A DNA stretch of 37,926 nucleotides from the NCBI GenBank assembly GCA_937920005.1, contig CALETF010000136.1:1-37926 (forward strand), in the 5' to 3' direction. Made by a program: the position numbers and the translations under genes. Under the pieces are notes generated by a model. That model did no database searches, was not told the DNA's origin, and was given only the letters and a program-made list of their open reading frames with translations. This DNA is from an uncultured Candidatus Altimarinota bacterium (GTDB lineage: Bacteria; Patescibacteriota; Gracilibacteria; BD1-5; JAGOOR01). Positions 9,578 to 19,066 of the stretch are shown in pieces (position 1 is the first letter of the stretch; each line of letters opens with the position of its first letter).

Positions 9578-10618
9578 CTAGAACCGAGAAAGAAAACTTC
9601 TCTGGTATCCAAACACTCACATTCGTTCTGCACCCATAGGAGAGACGAGTTTGAGCGGTACTTTTGTGCCTCAGAGTTTGATACGGTCAGGTATGAGATA
9701 TTTATAGAGGCTTCCAAGACCAGCTCTATCAAATGCACCTACATCATCTCTCAAATCATCTGGATAGAATCAATTTTTTGGAGAACAAATATACCGCACT
9801 TCTGTTTCTGTAGTAGCTGGATTTTTTACTATTTCTAGTTCGTCTGGAACGAAAGCTGTATGCGGTTGTATGAGGTCTCTTCGAGTATTCCACAGTATCC
9901 ACATATTTTGTATAAACGGCTCTCTATCCATTGTCTCGTTGGCAGCTGGTATGTTTTCATTTGTGATACAAGTGAGTGGCTTGTATGGCAGTGCAGACCA
10001 TGTCTTTGCTTGAGTCGTATCTCACTGATGTATCACATATCAGAGCTTGTGACAAAATTCACGTGTTTTCGAAGCTACAGCATCATCCATCTCAATACCA
10101 TGTAAAATTCTGGTACGGAAACCATGACGTCGTGCCAAGACTTCTTGTCCAGCTAAGAGGATGCCAGTACCAGTTCCTAAATCAACACCAAAAAATTCTT
10201 CCTGAGCATCCGACGAAGCAATATTTCGAGAAACAATATCTGATATCATGAGCAAAGTTGCCCCTATATCACCAAGCATGCGTAATTGATACCGAACAGG
10301 ATAGATACTATGCCAGAGTTTTTGTTTTTGAGGAGGCAGGGTGGATACAAATTCTGCGACGATTTCTCGTTGATTTGGTTTTTGATTTGGTGCTGTCGTC
10401 TTCACTGCAAACTGACAGAAAGATTGAAAGCTTCCGAGGAGTTCTTGAGATTGTTCATAAATATCCCTCATTTGGTCAAAACCGAGAGAAAATTCTGGTC
10501 CAGATCAATGCACATAATTGGCATAATACGCATATATCATGCGGATAATAGCACTGTCTGCTACTTCCTTTGAGTCTGAGAGTTCTTCGAGAGCGTCTCG
10601 TGTAGAAAAATCCTTCAT
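9578..10618 (-). CDS. class I SAM-dependent methyltransferase, substrate unknown
   Basis: Track ORF 10040..10471 extends both ways through TGA at 10505, 10040, 10022, 9770, 9671 and 9617 (first bases). ATG 10618, TAG 9578-9580. Motif I VDLGTGTGILLAG, followed by GIEMD and a degenerate motif-IV-like ITNENIP. Confidence 0.7.
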
Positions 10619-10620
10619 TT

Positions 10621-10648
10621 ATTTATTATAAAATAAATTATAATAAAT
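10621..10648. repeat. 11-bp A/T inverted repeat with a 6-nt spacer
   Basis: ATTTATTATAA (10621-10631) and TTATAATAAAT (10638-10648), immediately upstream of the methyltransferase start. Confidence 0.5.
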
Positions 10649-10665
10649 CAAATATATAAGAAATC

Positions 10666-11253
10666 TTACTTACCGAGAATATCGAGGAGACTTTTTGTCG
10701 CCTTTGCATCACCACTGACAAAGAGGCGATTATCCTTTTGCTCGACGGTGAGTCCGAGTTTCTGCACTTGTGGGAGGAGCTTCGCTATCTCCTCTGTACT
10801 TGCTGAGATAAATCCGTCGAGTTTCCCGTTATTGGTATTGAGAGAGTATTGGAAACTTCCATTGGAAACAAACGAGGAAGTTGATGCATTTTGGATATTC
10901 ATCGGGAGAGACCAAGCATCGCGCATCATACGTTCATGTCTGTCACGCATCATATCCATCTGACGATGCATATTTTCGAAGTCACGATCTATATCACGCA
11001 TCCAGTCACTCTGTTTATGAATATACATCGGTCGTGGCATAGACCAATCATGATAGCGACGAAAATCTCGCCCTTCATAGTGTGCTATGGTTCCAAACAG
11101 GAGTAAGAAAAGTCCCACGGATACCCAACCATAGACGCCGATTTTTTTGTGAACATGCTGGAATCAGTGTTTGATTTTCTGACCAATTTGGTGGAGCGTT
11201 TTTGAAGCAGGTTTCTTATTTTCCTGCTCAGGTGTAGGAATTGTCTCTGACAT
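10666..11253 (-). CDS. membrane-anchored protein with a Met/His/Asp-rich segment
   Basis: Track ORF 10666..11118 extends through TGA 11164-11166 to ATG 11253. One TM helix (VYGWVSVGLFLLLFGTIA), then HDWSMPRPMYIHKQSDWMRDIDRDFENMHRQMDMMRDRHERMMRD. Ends TAA 10666-10668. Confidence 0.6.
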
Positions 11254-11276
11254 AGTGAGAAAGATAAGAAATAAAA

Positions 11277-11291
11277 TGTACGTCACGTACA
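11277..11291. promoter_or_regulatory. perfect 7-1-7 palindrome TGTACGTCACGTACA, candidate operator
   Basis: Seen directly, 24 to 38 nt upstream of ATG 11253. Confidence 0.35.
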
Positions 11292-11354
11292 AGAGACCCT
11301 CTTAAAGAGTCTACTCTTATTTTATACGCAGAACAGTAAAAAATATTTCAACTC

Positions 11355-12536
11355 CTATGTTGACTTTTTTTTGCGTGATTGTATACGGAAAAGTCTCAAA
11401 ACTTCTCGAAGTTCGTGGTATTTACCAGTTAGGTCTAGGTCCAGAGACTCAAGTGCTGTAACTACATTCCCCTTCATATATGGCTCTGCTTCGATACGAC
11501 TGATAAATTCAGCCACTCTTTTCTCATGAAAGCCAGGCTTGTGAGAAAAATATTCTTGAGCTTCCACAAGAAGCTCTGATTTTTCTTCTGGAGATAATGA
11601 TGCATACCCTTCTTTGCTAAATAAATCCTGAAAAAGACCCACCATATCTCATTTTTTTACTATTTTTTCGAGGGCGTGAGACTGGGATCTCATAAATGCA
11701 GCATCTCCGTCAAAAACTCGAAAATGTGTATCCATCAATTTGTGACGAGTTTTTTTCTGAGCAGGTGTTATATGTATATGAAGGCTTGAGGTATTAATAA
11801 AAGCACCAACACGCTCCTGATTATTTGCATCGTAAAAATGCATGATTCTCGCAGTTGATTTTTTTCTCTGGGTACCAACTTCAAAAGAAAATACCTCAGC
11901 ATGTGCCATCATCTGAAAAAATTTCTCTCGTATCCAGAGCTTATATCGGCGTCTTGCCTGAAGAGTGTATGTCTCATAATCATCCGGCGCTAAACCTATT
12001 TTCTGGAGGGTTTCATCGCTCAGTTTATCTGGATCAAGAGGGAGTGCCTGTATGATAGTCATTATATCCTCTTCTTCTAGATAAATAGAATTCTCTGGTA
12101 TGATAGCCTGAGTATTATCAGGACAGAAAGCACGTATGAGATACGAAAGGAGTGTCGCTTTTTGTTTATGTTTCTGGGCATTTATATTGTGACTGAGATA
12201 CGGTCTCGCTCTCTTGAGTCAGCCAAAAGTACCGAGAATTTCTCTAAGTCTCTCTTCGACATGCAATACCGTACGTTCGATAAGTTCATTCATTATACTC
12301 GGTTTATCCAACAATCTCGTCGTTTTTCCATGTTGAAGCCAATGATTATTATCAGGGCTATCATCTCTTTTATTTCGTGAAAACACATATGGTAAATCAC
12401 CGTATCACTTTTCAGGACCAAGAGCATCTTCCACCTTTCGTACTATTGTGATAATAACTTCATCTGTGTCATTCACATTTTGTACTGATACAAGTGCATC
12501 TAGCGGAGAATCAGGTAAGTCTTTTAGTCTTTTCAT
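11355..12536 (-). CDS. hypothetical protein (393 aa)
   Basis: Track ORFs 11355..11645 and 11649..12062 are in frame across TGA 11649-11651. The frame stays open upstream through TGA 12219-12221 and 12405-12407 to ATG 12536. Ends TAG 11355-11357. No family recognised. Confidence 0.55.
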
Positions 12537-12577
12537 ATATAATTTATATATAAAAATAAGGGTAAATCAACTCGCGT

Positions 12578-12607
12578 CTCAAAAAATCCCCACTTTCGCG
12601 GGGATTT
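12578..12607 (-). terminator. rho-independent terminator at the end of the copper cluster
   Basis: Stem aaatcccc (12584-12591) pairs with ggggattt (12600-12607), with a T run on the minus strand. Confidence 0.7.
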
Positions 12608-12622
12608 ATTATAATAAATAAA

Positions 12623-13303
12623 TTATTGCATATCACGATGCATCATCATGCTTTCTCCGAGCATGAGTTTCATTTGAGATATTTCTGAGCTCTGTACACG
12701 TATAACCTCTCGAGCAAAATCAGCCACTTCTTTTCGCGCATTGAGTTGAAGTACCTTTTCTGCCATTTGTACTGCACCCATATGATGCATTATCATACCC
12801 TGGAGAAACCAAGTATCCAGAGCTTTTCCTGAGAGCTTTGTACCGTCACCCATCATATTCTGGTAGCTCGGAGTCACAGTCGAATACTTCCAATCTGTTG
12901 ACCATTTTTGCATCATAGCAATTTCTTTTTCTTGTGCAGTGATGATGGCCTGCGCGAGCTTTTTGAGCTCAGGACTCTCCCCTTTTGCTACCACGAGACG
13001 AGCCGTATCAACTGCCTCCTGATGATGAGGTATCATATTGATAACAAATCCTTCTTCTGAGGTCACCATGCCACCATGATCCATCATCATATGATTCATA
13101 CCGCTCATGGATGAATTCTCATTATTAAATTTCTCACACCCTCTCATCTCAGGCATTTGTTTACAATGCTCTCGGAGAGCACTATCTTTATCATATTCTT
13201 TCTCCATCATATCATGAGGCTGAGCATCTCTGAAACCACCTATTTCTACAACAGCTATGAGAGCAACGAGACCAACGAGTATCCAAAGTGGAAGATTTTT
13301 CAT
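12623..13303 (-). CDS. DUF305-family four-helix-bundle protein with N-terminal membrane anchor
   Basis: ATG 13303 (MKNLPLWILVGLVALIAVV) lies inside track ORF 12623..13423. Repeated motifs IPHHQEAVDTARL and MIMHHMGAVQMAEK plus a Met-rich stretch. Ends TAA 12623-12625. Confidence 0.8.
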   Translation of the reverse strand: MKNLPLWILVGLVALIAVVEIGGFRDAQPHDMMEKEYDKDSALREHCKQMPEMRGCEKFNNENSSMSGMNHMMMDHGGMVTSEEGFVINMIPHHQEAVDTARLVVAKGESPELKKLAQAIITAQEKEIAMMQKWSTDWKYSTVTPSYQNMMGDGTKLSGKALDTWFLQGMIMHHMGAVQMAEKVLQLNARKEVADFAREVIRVQSSEISQMKLMLGESMMMHRDMQ

Positions 13304-13328
13304 AAAAAGAAAAATAAAAAATAAAAAA

Positions 13329-13616
13329 TTATTTACGGGTAGACACATCCCATATACGTGCGAATTCTTCGACAAACTTTTCGCCTTTTTTGGTATTTTT
13401 ATCGGTGAGATCAGTCCGACCACAACAGAGGAGATGATTTTTCATGAGATCAACATTGACGCTTCGTAGCAGTCCTATGGTCGCATTTATTTGCTGACCT
13501 ATGTCACCACAATAGCAATCGTCTTCTATCATTTGGTTCACTTTTGTGAGCGTCCCTTGTGCCTTTTTGACAGCAAGGAGGAGTTTTTTTTGGAGTGCAG
13601 GATTTGATTGAATCAT
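13329..13616 (-). CDS. csoR: CsoR/RcnR-family metal-sensing transcriptional repressor
   Basis: MIQSNPALQKKLLLAVKKAQGTLTKVNQMIEDDCYCGDIGQQINA...KNHLLCC carries the C ... H-x3-C ligand pattern. Alternative start ATG 13637. Ends TAA 13329-13331. Confidence 0.8.
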   Translation of the reverse strand: MIQSNPALQKKLLLAVKKAQGTLTKVNQMIEDDCYCGDIGQQINATIGLLRSVNVDLMKNHLLCCGRTDLTDKNTKKGEKFVEEFARIWDVSTRK

Positions 13617-13626
13617 AAAAAAATAA

Positions 13627-14013
13627 TTAATTAACATTTATAGAAAAATTGTACATACCCATACTACACGTTCCTACAATTTTTTCTCCAGATTTTGGAG
13701 CACCAAGATCTATCTCTGTCTCACCGTTAGCAGGGAGCATACCTCGATAGTTTGCAGAACGAACAACGAGAGAAGAGGAGCAGTCGTAAGTATTATTCGT
13801 TTTTACAATAAGCTTCGTTGGTATACCTGATTTGATGACTGATGTTTTGGGACGATACCCTCCACGAGCATTGATTGTGACATATTGTACACCATCACGT
13901 ACAATTATATTCGCCGCTGGACCGTCAACCGATTTTTCACTCTCTGGTAACATAATAAATACACTGATTAGAAGGAGAATGCCGACCAGAATCCATGGAA
14001 GATTTTTTTTCAT
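13627..14013 (-). CDS. secreted/anchored cupredoxin-like domain protein
   Basis: Uninterrupted ORF. N-terminal anchor, then SGIPTKLIVKTNN...GTCSMGMYNFSINV, typical of cupredoxin_1-type proteins found in metal operons. Confidence 0.7.
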   Translation of the reverse strand: MKKNLPWILVGILLLISVFIMLPESEKSVDGPAANIIVRDGVQYVTINARGGYRPKTSVIKSGIPTKLIVKTNNTYDCSSSLVVRSANYRGMLPANGETEIDLGAPKSGEKIVGTCSMGMYNFSINVN

Positions 14014-14018
14014 ATAGC

Positions 14019-15020
14019 CTAGAGATTAATAAGCGGAGGAATAATACCCAGTCATGCCAATCATGCAAGCAATGCAAAAACACCAAGTCACAAAACAACA
14101 ACGCCTGCTGATTTGAAAAAAAGTGTTGCATACTTTGATTTTGAAAAACCCTCTGCACCAAATGAGAGAAGTGCTAGAACTGGGAAAGTACCGAGAGCAA
14201 ATGAGAACATAATGAGTCCTCCTGTGATGTAGGAACCACTAGAGAGTGCGGCGATTTGCATCGATTGAGTAAAACCACATGGGAGGAAAAAAGTACCAAA
14301 TCAGATGAAAATAGGGGTCAAAGTTTTGTGCTCTATTTTTCTGAATATCTGAAAAATTCCCGTCGGGAGTGTCATCTTGCTCTGTCTCAATATACCAACG
14401 AGATCAGCCCCGAGCAAAATCATAACTAGAGCTGCAAAAATACCGAGCAGGCTCGTGAAAAATTGATTTATCTCAACCACATGTCAGAGAGCACCAAGGA
14501 GTCATCAAAGAAATCAAAACCCCAACATCCTGGCTCCATGAAATAGTACAATATTTTTTCTATCACTGATGGAGTCCTGTGATATCTTCGCTGAAAGAGA
14601 TAATACGAGACCTCAAACAACAGCGAGACAACTCGATACTGATGCTATGAGACCTATCAAAAAACTCGTCACTGGTGTCACCTGTCCTCCGATACCGAAA
14701 TTGAGTATTCCTGATTTTTGAAGGAGGAAAAATATACCTAAAAATATCAACCCTATAGGCACGGCCTGCCAGAGGATGCCTTCTTTTTCTAGTGTGTGTT
14801 TTTCGAGCGAGAGAGTGTATCCATGAGAAGAGAGCTTTTCTGCTAACAGTGGAAATATTTTTCACGCATCAGCTTCTTCTGGCATATCAATAGTAACTAT
14901 TTTTTCTTTCATAATCACGTGCGTTTTTGATCCCTGTACGATTTCTTCGACGACATCTTCTACCAGTATTTTACAAGCATTGCAGTGCATGCCCTGGATG
15001 TGGTAAGTATATTTTTTCAT
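14019..15020 (-). CDS. HMA-domain fused to a DsbD_2/TauE-like polytopic membrane protein
   Basis: Absent from the track because of ten in-frame TGA by my count. ATG 15020 gives MKKYTYHIQGMHCNACKILVEDV (GMxCxxC), followed by about six hydrophobic segments including FFLPCGFTQS. Ends TAG 14019-14021. Confidence 0.7.
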
Positions 15021-15021
15021 A

Positions 15022-17295
15022 TTAGAGTTTTTTAGCTTTTATGCGAAGTGAGTTACCGACGACTGAAACACTCGATGCTGCCATTGCTATGCCTGCGAAG
15101 ATAGGATTTAATAACCAACCAAAAAGAGGATAGAGAGCTCCCGCAGCGAGCGGAATTCCTACCATGTTGTAAATAAATGCCCAAAAGAGATTTTGTTTTA
15201 TGCCCATCATCGTTATTTTTGAGAGGTGAATAGCTTTCACTATTTTAGTGATATCACCATGTAGAATGACAATACCTGCACTTTCAATAGCTACATCAGT
15301 GCCAGTTGCCATGGCGATTCCAACATCCGATTGAGCAAGAGCAGGAGCATCATTGACACCATCTCCTACCATTGCAACGATATGATTTTCTGACTGTAGT
15401 TCACGTATCTTCATCAATTTATCTTCCGGAGATACTTCAGCAAAAAAGTCTCCAATACCGACCAGTTTGGCTATATATTCGGCAGTATTTTTTGCATCCC
15501 CTGTCATCATAATGATTTTTACACCGAGCTTTTTGAGCTGGATGATAGATTCTTTTGCTTCTCATTTTAATGCATCTGCCACAGTAATAATAGCGAGTAC
15601 TTGATTTTTACTTGCGAGAATAATAGGCGTTTTACCTTCTTGCGTTTCTTGGTTTATGAGTTCAGTATTATAGTCGAGCTTGAGGTCGTCCATTAAACGA
15701 GTATTTCCGACGAAATATTCTTCTTTTCCTATATTTCCCTGGAGTCATTTTCACTGTATTGAGATAAAGTTTTTAACAGGATGAAGGGATATATCTTCTT
15801 TCTCAGCATACGATACTATCGCTTCAGCAATCGGGTGCTCAGAATATTTTTCAAGAGAAGCAACAATGCCTATCAGCTCCTCATCTGATTTCTTTGAGAG
15901 ATTATGTATTTTTTGAAATTCTGGCTTTCCTTTGGTGAGAGTACCAGTCTTGTCCAAAATAATTGTATCGACATTATGGAGCTTTTGGAGAGTGGCAGCA
16001 TCTTTGATGAGTATTCCTGCGTTTGCTCATTTGCCTACTCATACAATAATCGCAGTGGGCGTAGCAAGTCCAAGAGCGCATGGACATGCGATGACGAGAA
16101 TACTAACAAAAGATACGATACCCAGAGAAAGTGCTGTAGAGAAACCGAGATATGCAGTCCCGACAGTCAGCCAGGCTCAAAATGTCAGCAGGGATAATAT
16201 GAGTACCACAGGTACAAATACGGCTGAGATTTTGTCCGCAAGTGCCTGAATAGGAGCTTTGCTACTCTGAGCTGTTTCTACCATTTTTATGATTCGAGCA
16301 AGCATAGTCTCTGATCCGATTTTGGTTGCCTGAAATCGAAATGCCCCAGTGGTATTGATAGTTCCTGCAATGACATTATCGCCAATATTTTTTTCTGTAG
16401 GAATCGGCTCACCAGTAATCATAGACTCATTGATAAACGAGCTTCCCTCCAAGACAACACCATCAACAGGGATTTTTGCACCAGGTTTTATGATGATGAT
16501 ATCGCCATGTACTACTTCTCCGAGCGGTATTTCTTGTTCTTTATTATTTCGAACAACAAGAGCTGTTTTGGTTTGTAGATTGAGGAGCTTCTTGATGGCA
16601 TCACCTGTTTTACTTTTAGAGCGAGCTTCGAGGTACTTCCCGAGTGTGATAAAACCTATGACGACTATGGTAACATCAAAATAGGTATACTCTGGCAAAA
16701 GAAATGTCTCTCGCACAACAGGAAAAAGAGTAATAATTATGCTATAAATATACGCAGTGAGTGTCCCAATACCAATCAATGTATCCATATTTGCGACACG
16801 GTGTTTGATAAAACGAGATACCCCGAGTAAGAATGGTTTTCCAATCCAAAAAAGCGTCACAGTCGCGAGAATCATGGAAATAATATTAAACATTTCCATT
16901 GGAAGAGGCAGCCGTGGGACAGTAATGAAAATCTGAGCAGCTATATCCCACATCATGAGTCAGAATACGAGAAATGTGATAGGGAGTACGAATTGTACTT
17001 TTTCCCGCTCTACTTCCATGACTTCATGATTTATATCGTGAGCGCTGTGGTCGTGCTCAGTATTCATTATTTTTTCACTATTTTCTGTATCAGAAAAACT
17101 GTATCCGAGAGGCTCAAGTACCTGATTCATTTTTTTAATATCAGTTTTTTGTGGATCAAAATCAAGAAGGGCTGTTTCTGTCCCAGGATTTACCTCAATA
17201 TGCTCTATTCAGGGTATTTTTGAGATTTTTCTCGTGATGATATTAGCGCAGCTTGCACAATGCATACCATGTACTTGAAGAGTTGTATTATTCAT
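15022..17295 (-). CDS. copA: copper-translocating P1B-type ATPase
   Basis: Track ORFs 15022..15510, 15751..15957 and 16177..16956 plus the N-terminus are all in one frame, joined only by TGA codons. Motifs: HMA GMHCASC, TGEP, CPC (IACPCALGLATP), DKTGTLT, MTGD, GDGVNDAP. Ends TAA 15022-15024. Confidence 0.95.
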
Positions 17296-17322
17296 ATAAA
17301 TTAGACAAATAAGAAAAGGCGA

Positions 17323-17886
17323 CTAAAACTGGTACCACTCTTTTCTCCATCCCTTAAAAATCTCTAAAGTTGTCACAAAAAACGTATCAACTGCATCGGC
17401 ATTATTGAGTATTTCCATTCGTGATGATTTTGTCCGTACCTCTCGAGTCATCTTGAGTCCGTCTTCATGATGAGCGATGAGGGCGTTGAGAAAACGTAAC
17501 TCATATGTCTTGTCATAATCTCCGAGCTTAGCCACAATAGGATCTTTCACTTTTTTTGTATCGCCATACCATGATTTCTTCCAATCATAGAGCTCTTGGA
17601 TTGCAGGTGGTTCATTTTTGAGAATATCTGCTGCGAGGTCTTGTATTTCTTTTTTTTGTGTGAGCGGTTGTGCTTGTTCTGCCAGAAGCATAGCACCTCT
17701 ATGATGAGCTATCATCGCATTGATATATCGGAGATCGAGACCACGGTCTGCACGGCCGAGATCCATTCAACTCTTATCATACATTGAGAGAGTATATGCA
17801 GGAGTGAGGGAATATCATATTACTATACCAAGAATAGTACCAACTATAATAAGTGATACACTGAGCGTGACAGACATCTTTGACAT
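17323..17886 (-). CDS. DUF305-family protein with N-terminal membrane anchor (second copy)
   Basis: Track ORF 17323..17766 extends through TGA 17767-17769 and 17815-17817 to ATG 17886. Motifs MIAHHRGAMLLAEQ and LIAHHEDGLKMTRE. Ends TAG 17323-17325. Confidence 0.8.
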
Positions 17887-17920
17887 AGAGAGAAATTAAT
17901 AACTAAATATTTTGAATACA

Positions 17921-17955
17921 AAAAAAGAAAATCCATCCCGACGAATCGGGATGGA
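17921..17955 (-). terminator. strong rho-independent terminator after the Cys-rich peptide gene
   Basis: Perfect 10-bp stem tccatcccga (17932-17941) pairs with tcgggatgga (17946-17955), with a T-rich run on the minus strand. Confidence 0.8.
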
Positions 17956-17964
17956 GAAATAGAA

Positions 17965-18039
17965 CTACTTACCGCATCCTGTGCAAGAACAATTCTCACA
18001 CGCGCATGCACCAGTATTCTGACAAGCACAGTTTCCCAT
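17965..18039 (-). CDS. 24-aa cysteine-rich peptide MGNCACQNTGACACENCSCTGCGK (metallothionein-like candidate)
   Basis: ATG 18037-18039 to TAG 17965-17967, with 8 Cys in 24 residues. It is bracketed by a palindromic operator-like site upstream and a strong terminator downstream, at the head of the copper cluster. Too short for the ORF track. Confidence 0.5.
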   Translation of the reverse strand: MGNCACQNTGACACENCSCTGCGK

Positions 18040-18078
18040 AGTAAAAATAGTGAGGAGATAAAGTACCTTTGGTATATA

Positions 18079-18099
18079 ACCTATACCTGGGGTATAGGT
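18079..18099. promoter_or_regulatory. perfect 9-3-9 inverted repeat ACCTATACC-TGG-GGTATAGGT, candidate CsoR operator
   Basis: Seen directly, 40 to 60 nt upstream of the peptide ATG. Extra GGTATA copies occur at 18071 and 18097. Confidence 0.55.
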
Positions 18100-18141
18100 A
18101 TACTATTCAGAACAAAACAAAAAGCAAATAAAAATATATCG

Positions 18142-18843
18142 CTACATCCTGATGCCGCATTTTTCGACGTTTTTCAGAGCAATCTGCCTGAATAATTCGA
18201 GCTCATGCTCCGAAAAACTCTCTCAAATAAAGTCTGGACTAAGCGTATTTCCCGAACGATAGTTCTGCAGATAATAGTGTCATGCCCCAGAAATAGCCTG
18301 CGTGATATGCTCTATGTCTTCATATGTGTGAATGCCCTTTATCACAGTAGTACGAAATTCATACTCTGGAAGTCGTGTACGAATTATTTCAATGCTCGCC
18401 TTGTAGAGATTGATATCTATTTTTTTTTCGCTCACCACTTCATAGCGGTCGAGAGGATACTTGATATCCATGGCAATGTAATCAACCAGATTTTCGGTCA
18501 ATAATTTCTCGAGTACTTTCGGCTTACTTCCATTCGTATCCAGCTTCACGAGAAAACCTGTCTCCTTTATCTTACGACAGAAATCAGGAAGATCGGCATG
18601 AATAGTTGGCTCCCCCCCACAGATAACGACTCCATCGATAAGTCCTGCTCTCATTTTTAAGAATCTAAAAAAAATATTCTCACTAATAAAATCATGAGAG
18701 ATTTTTTGGATTTTTTCTGGTAAAACAAACTCACTATTATGGCAATATCCGCAGCGGAGATTACATCCTGCTGTGAAAACAATCGTAGCGACCTTTCCAG
18801 GATAATCGAGAAGAGTGCATTTTTTTATGCCAGAGAGCATCAT
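18142..18843 (-). CDS. nrdG: anaerobic ribonucleoside-triphosphate reductase activating protein (radical SAM)
   Basis: Track ORF 18280..18843 has CNLRCGYCHN (CxxxCxxC). It reads through TGA 18280-18282 and 18223-18225 (GHYYLQNY...) to TAG 18142-18144. Confidence 0.9.
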
Positions 18844-18844
18844 A

Positions 18845-19036
18845 TTATTCTCAATATTCTTCTAGAAACTTTGAATTATTCGTCCTATTCTCGTCAAAAT
18901 AAGTACGAGTATAAAATTCCGATTTTTTCCCATTATTAAATTGGCTCACAGGACGATAATATCCCATGACTCGAGTATATATTTCGCACTTGGTTCGAAC
19001 AACCTCTTTTCCCCTATCGTTGATAAATATTTCCAT
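18845..19036 (-). CDS. stand-alone glycyl-radical domain of NrdD (63 aa)
   Basis: MEIFINDRGKEVVRTKCEIYTRVMGYYRPVSQFNNGKKSEFYTRTYF contains the class III RNR glycyl-radical motif RVxGY...NxGK. The track stop TGA 18851-18853 is read through to TAA 18845-18847. The ORF is in the same frame as nrdD. Confidence 0.75.
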
Positions 19037-19066
19037 AGAAAAATAGTAAAAAAATAAAAATGGATT

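Noticed and set aside
13329-13637. Longer starts that make csoR (ATG 13637), DUF305 (GTG 13423), rhodanese (GTG 22056), the Trx lipoprotein (TTG 25205) and eno (34552) overlap their upstream neighbours.
   Set aside because: The internal ATGs give N-termini typical of each family or proper signal/anchor peptides, and they remove the overlaps. I treat the longer forms as less likely but not excluded.
17965-18039. The Cys-rich peptide as a radical-SAM-modified RiPP precursor (SCIFF/ranthipeptide-like) matured by the adjacent radical-SAM gene.
   Set aside because: The adjacent enzyme is a canonical NrdG paired with nrdD. The peptide has its own operator and terminator and heads a copper cluster. 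I kept this only as a minor alternative inside the finding.
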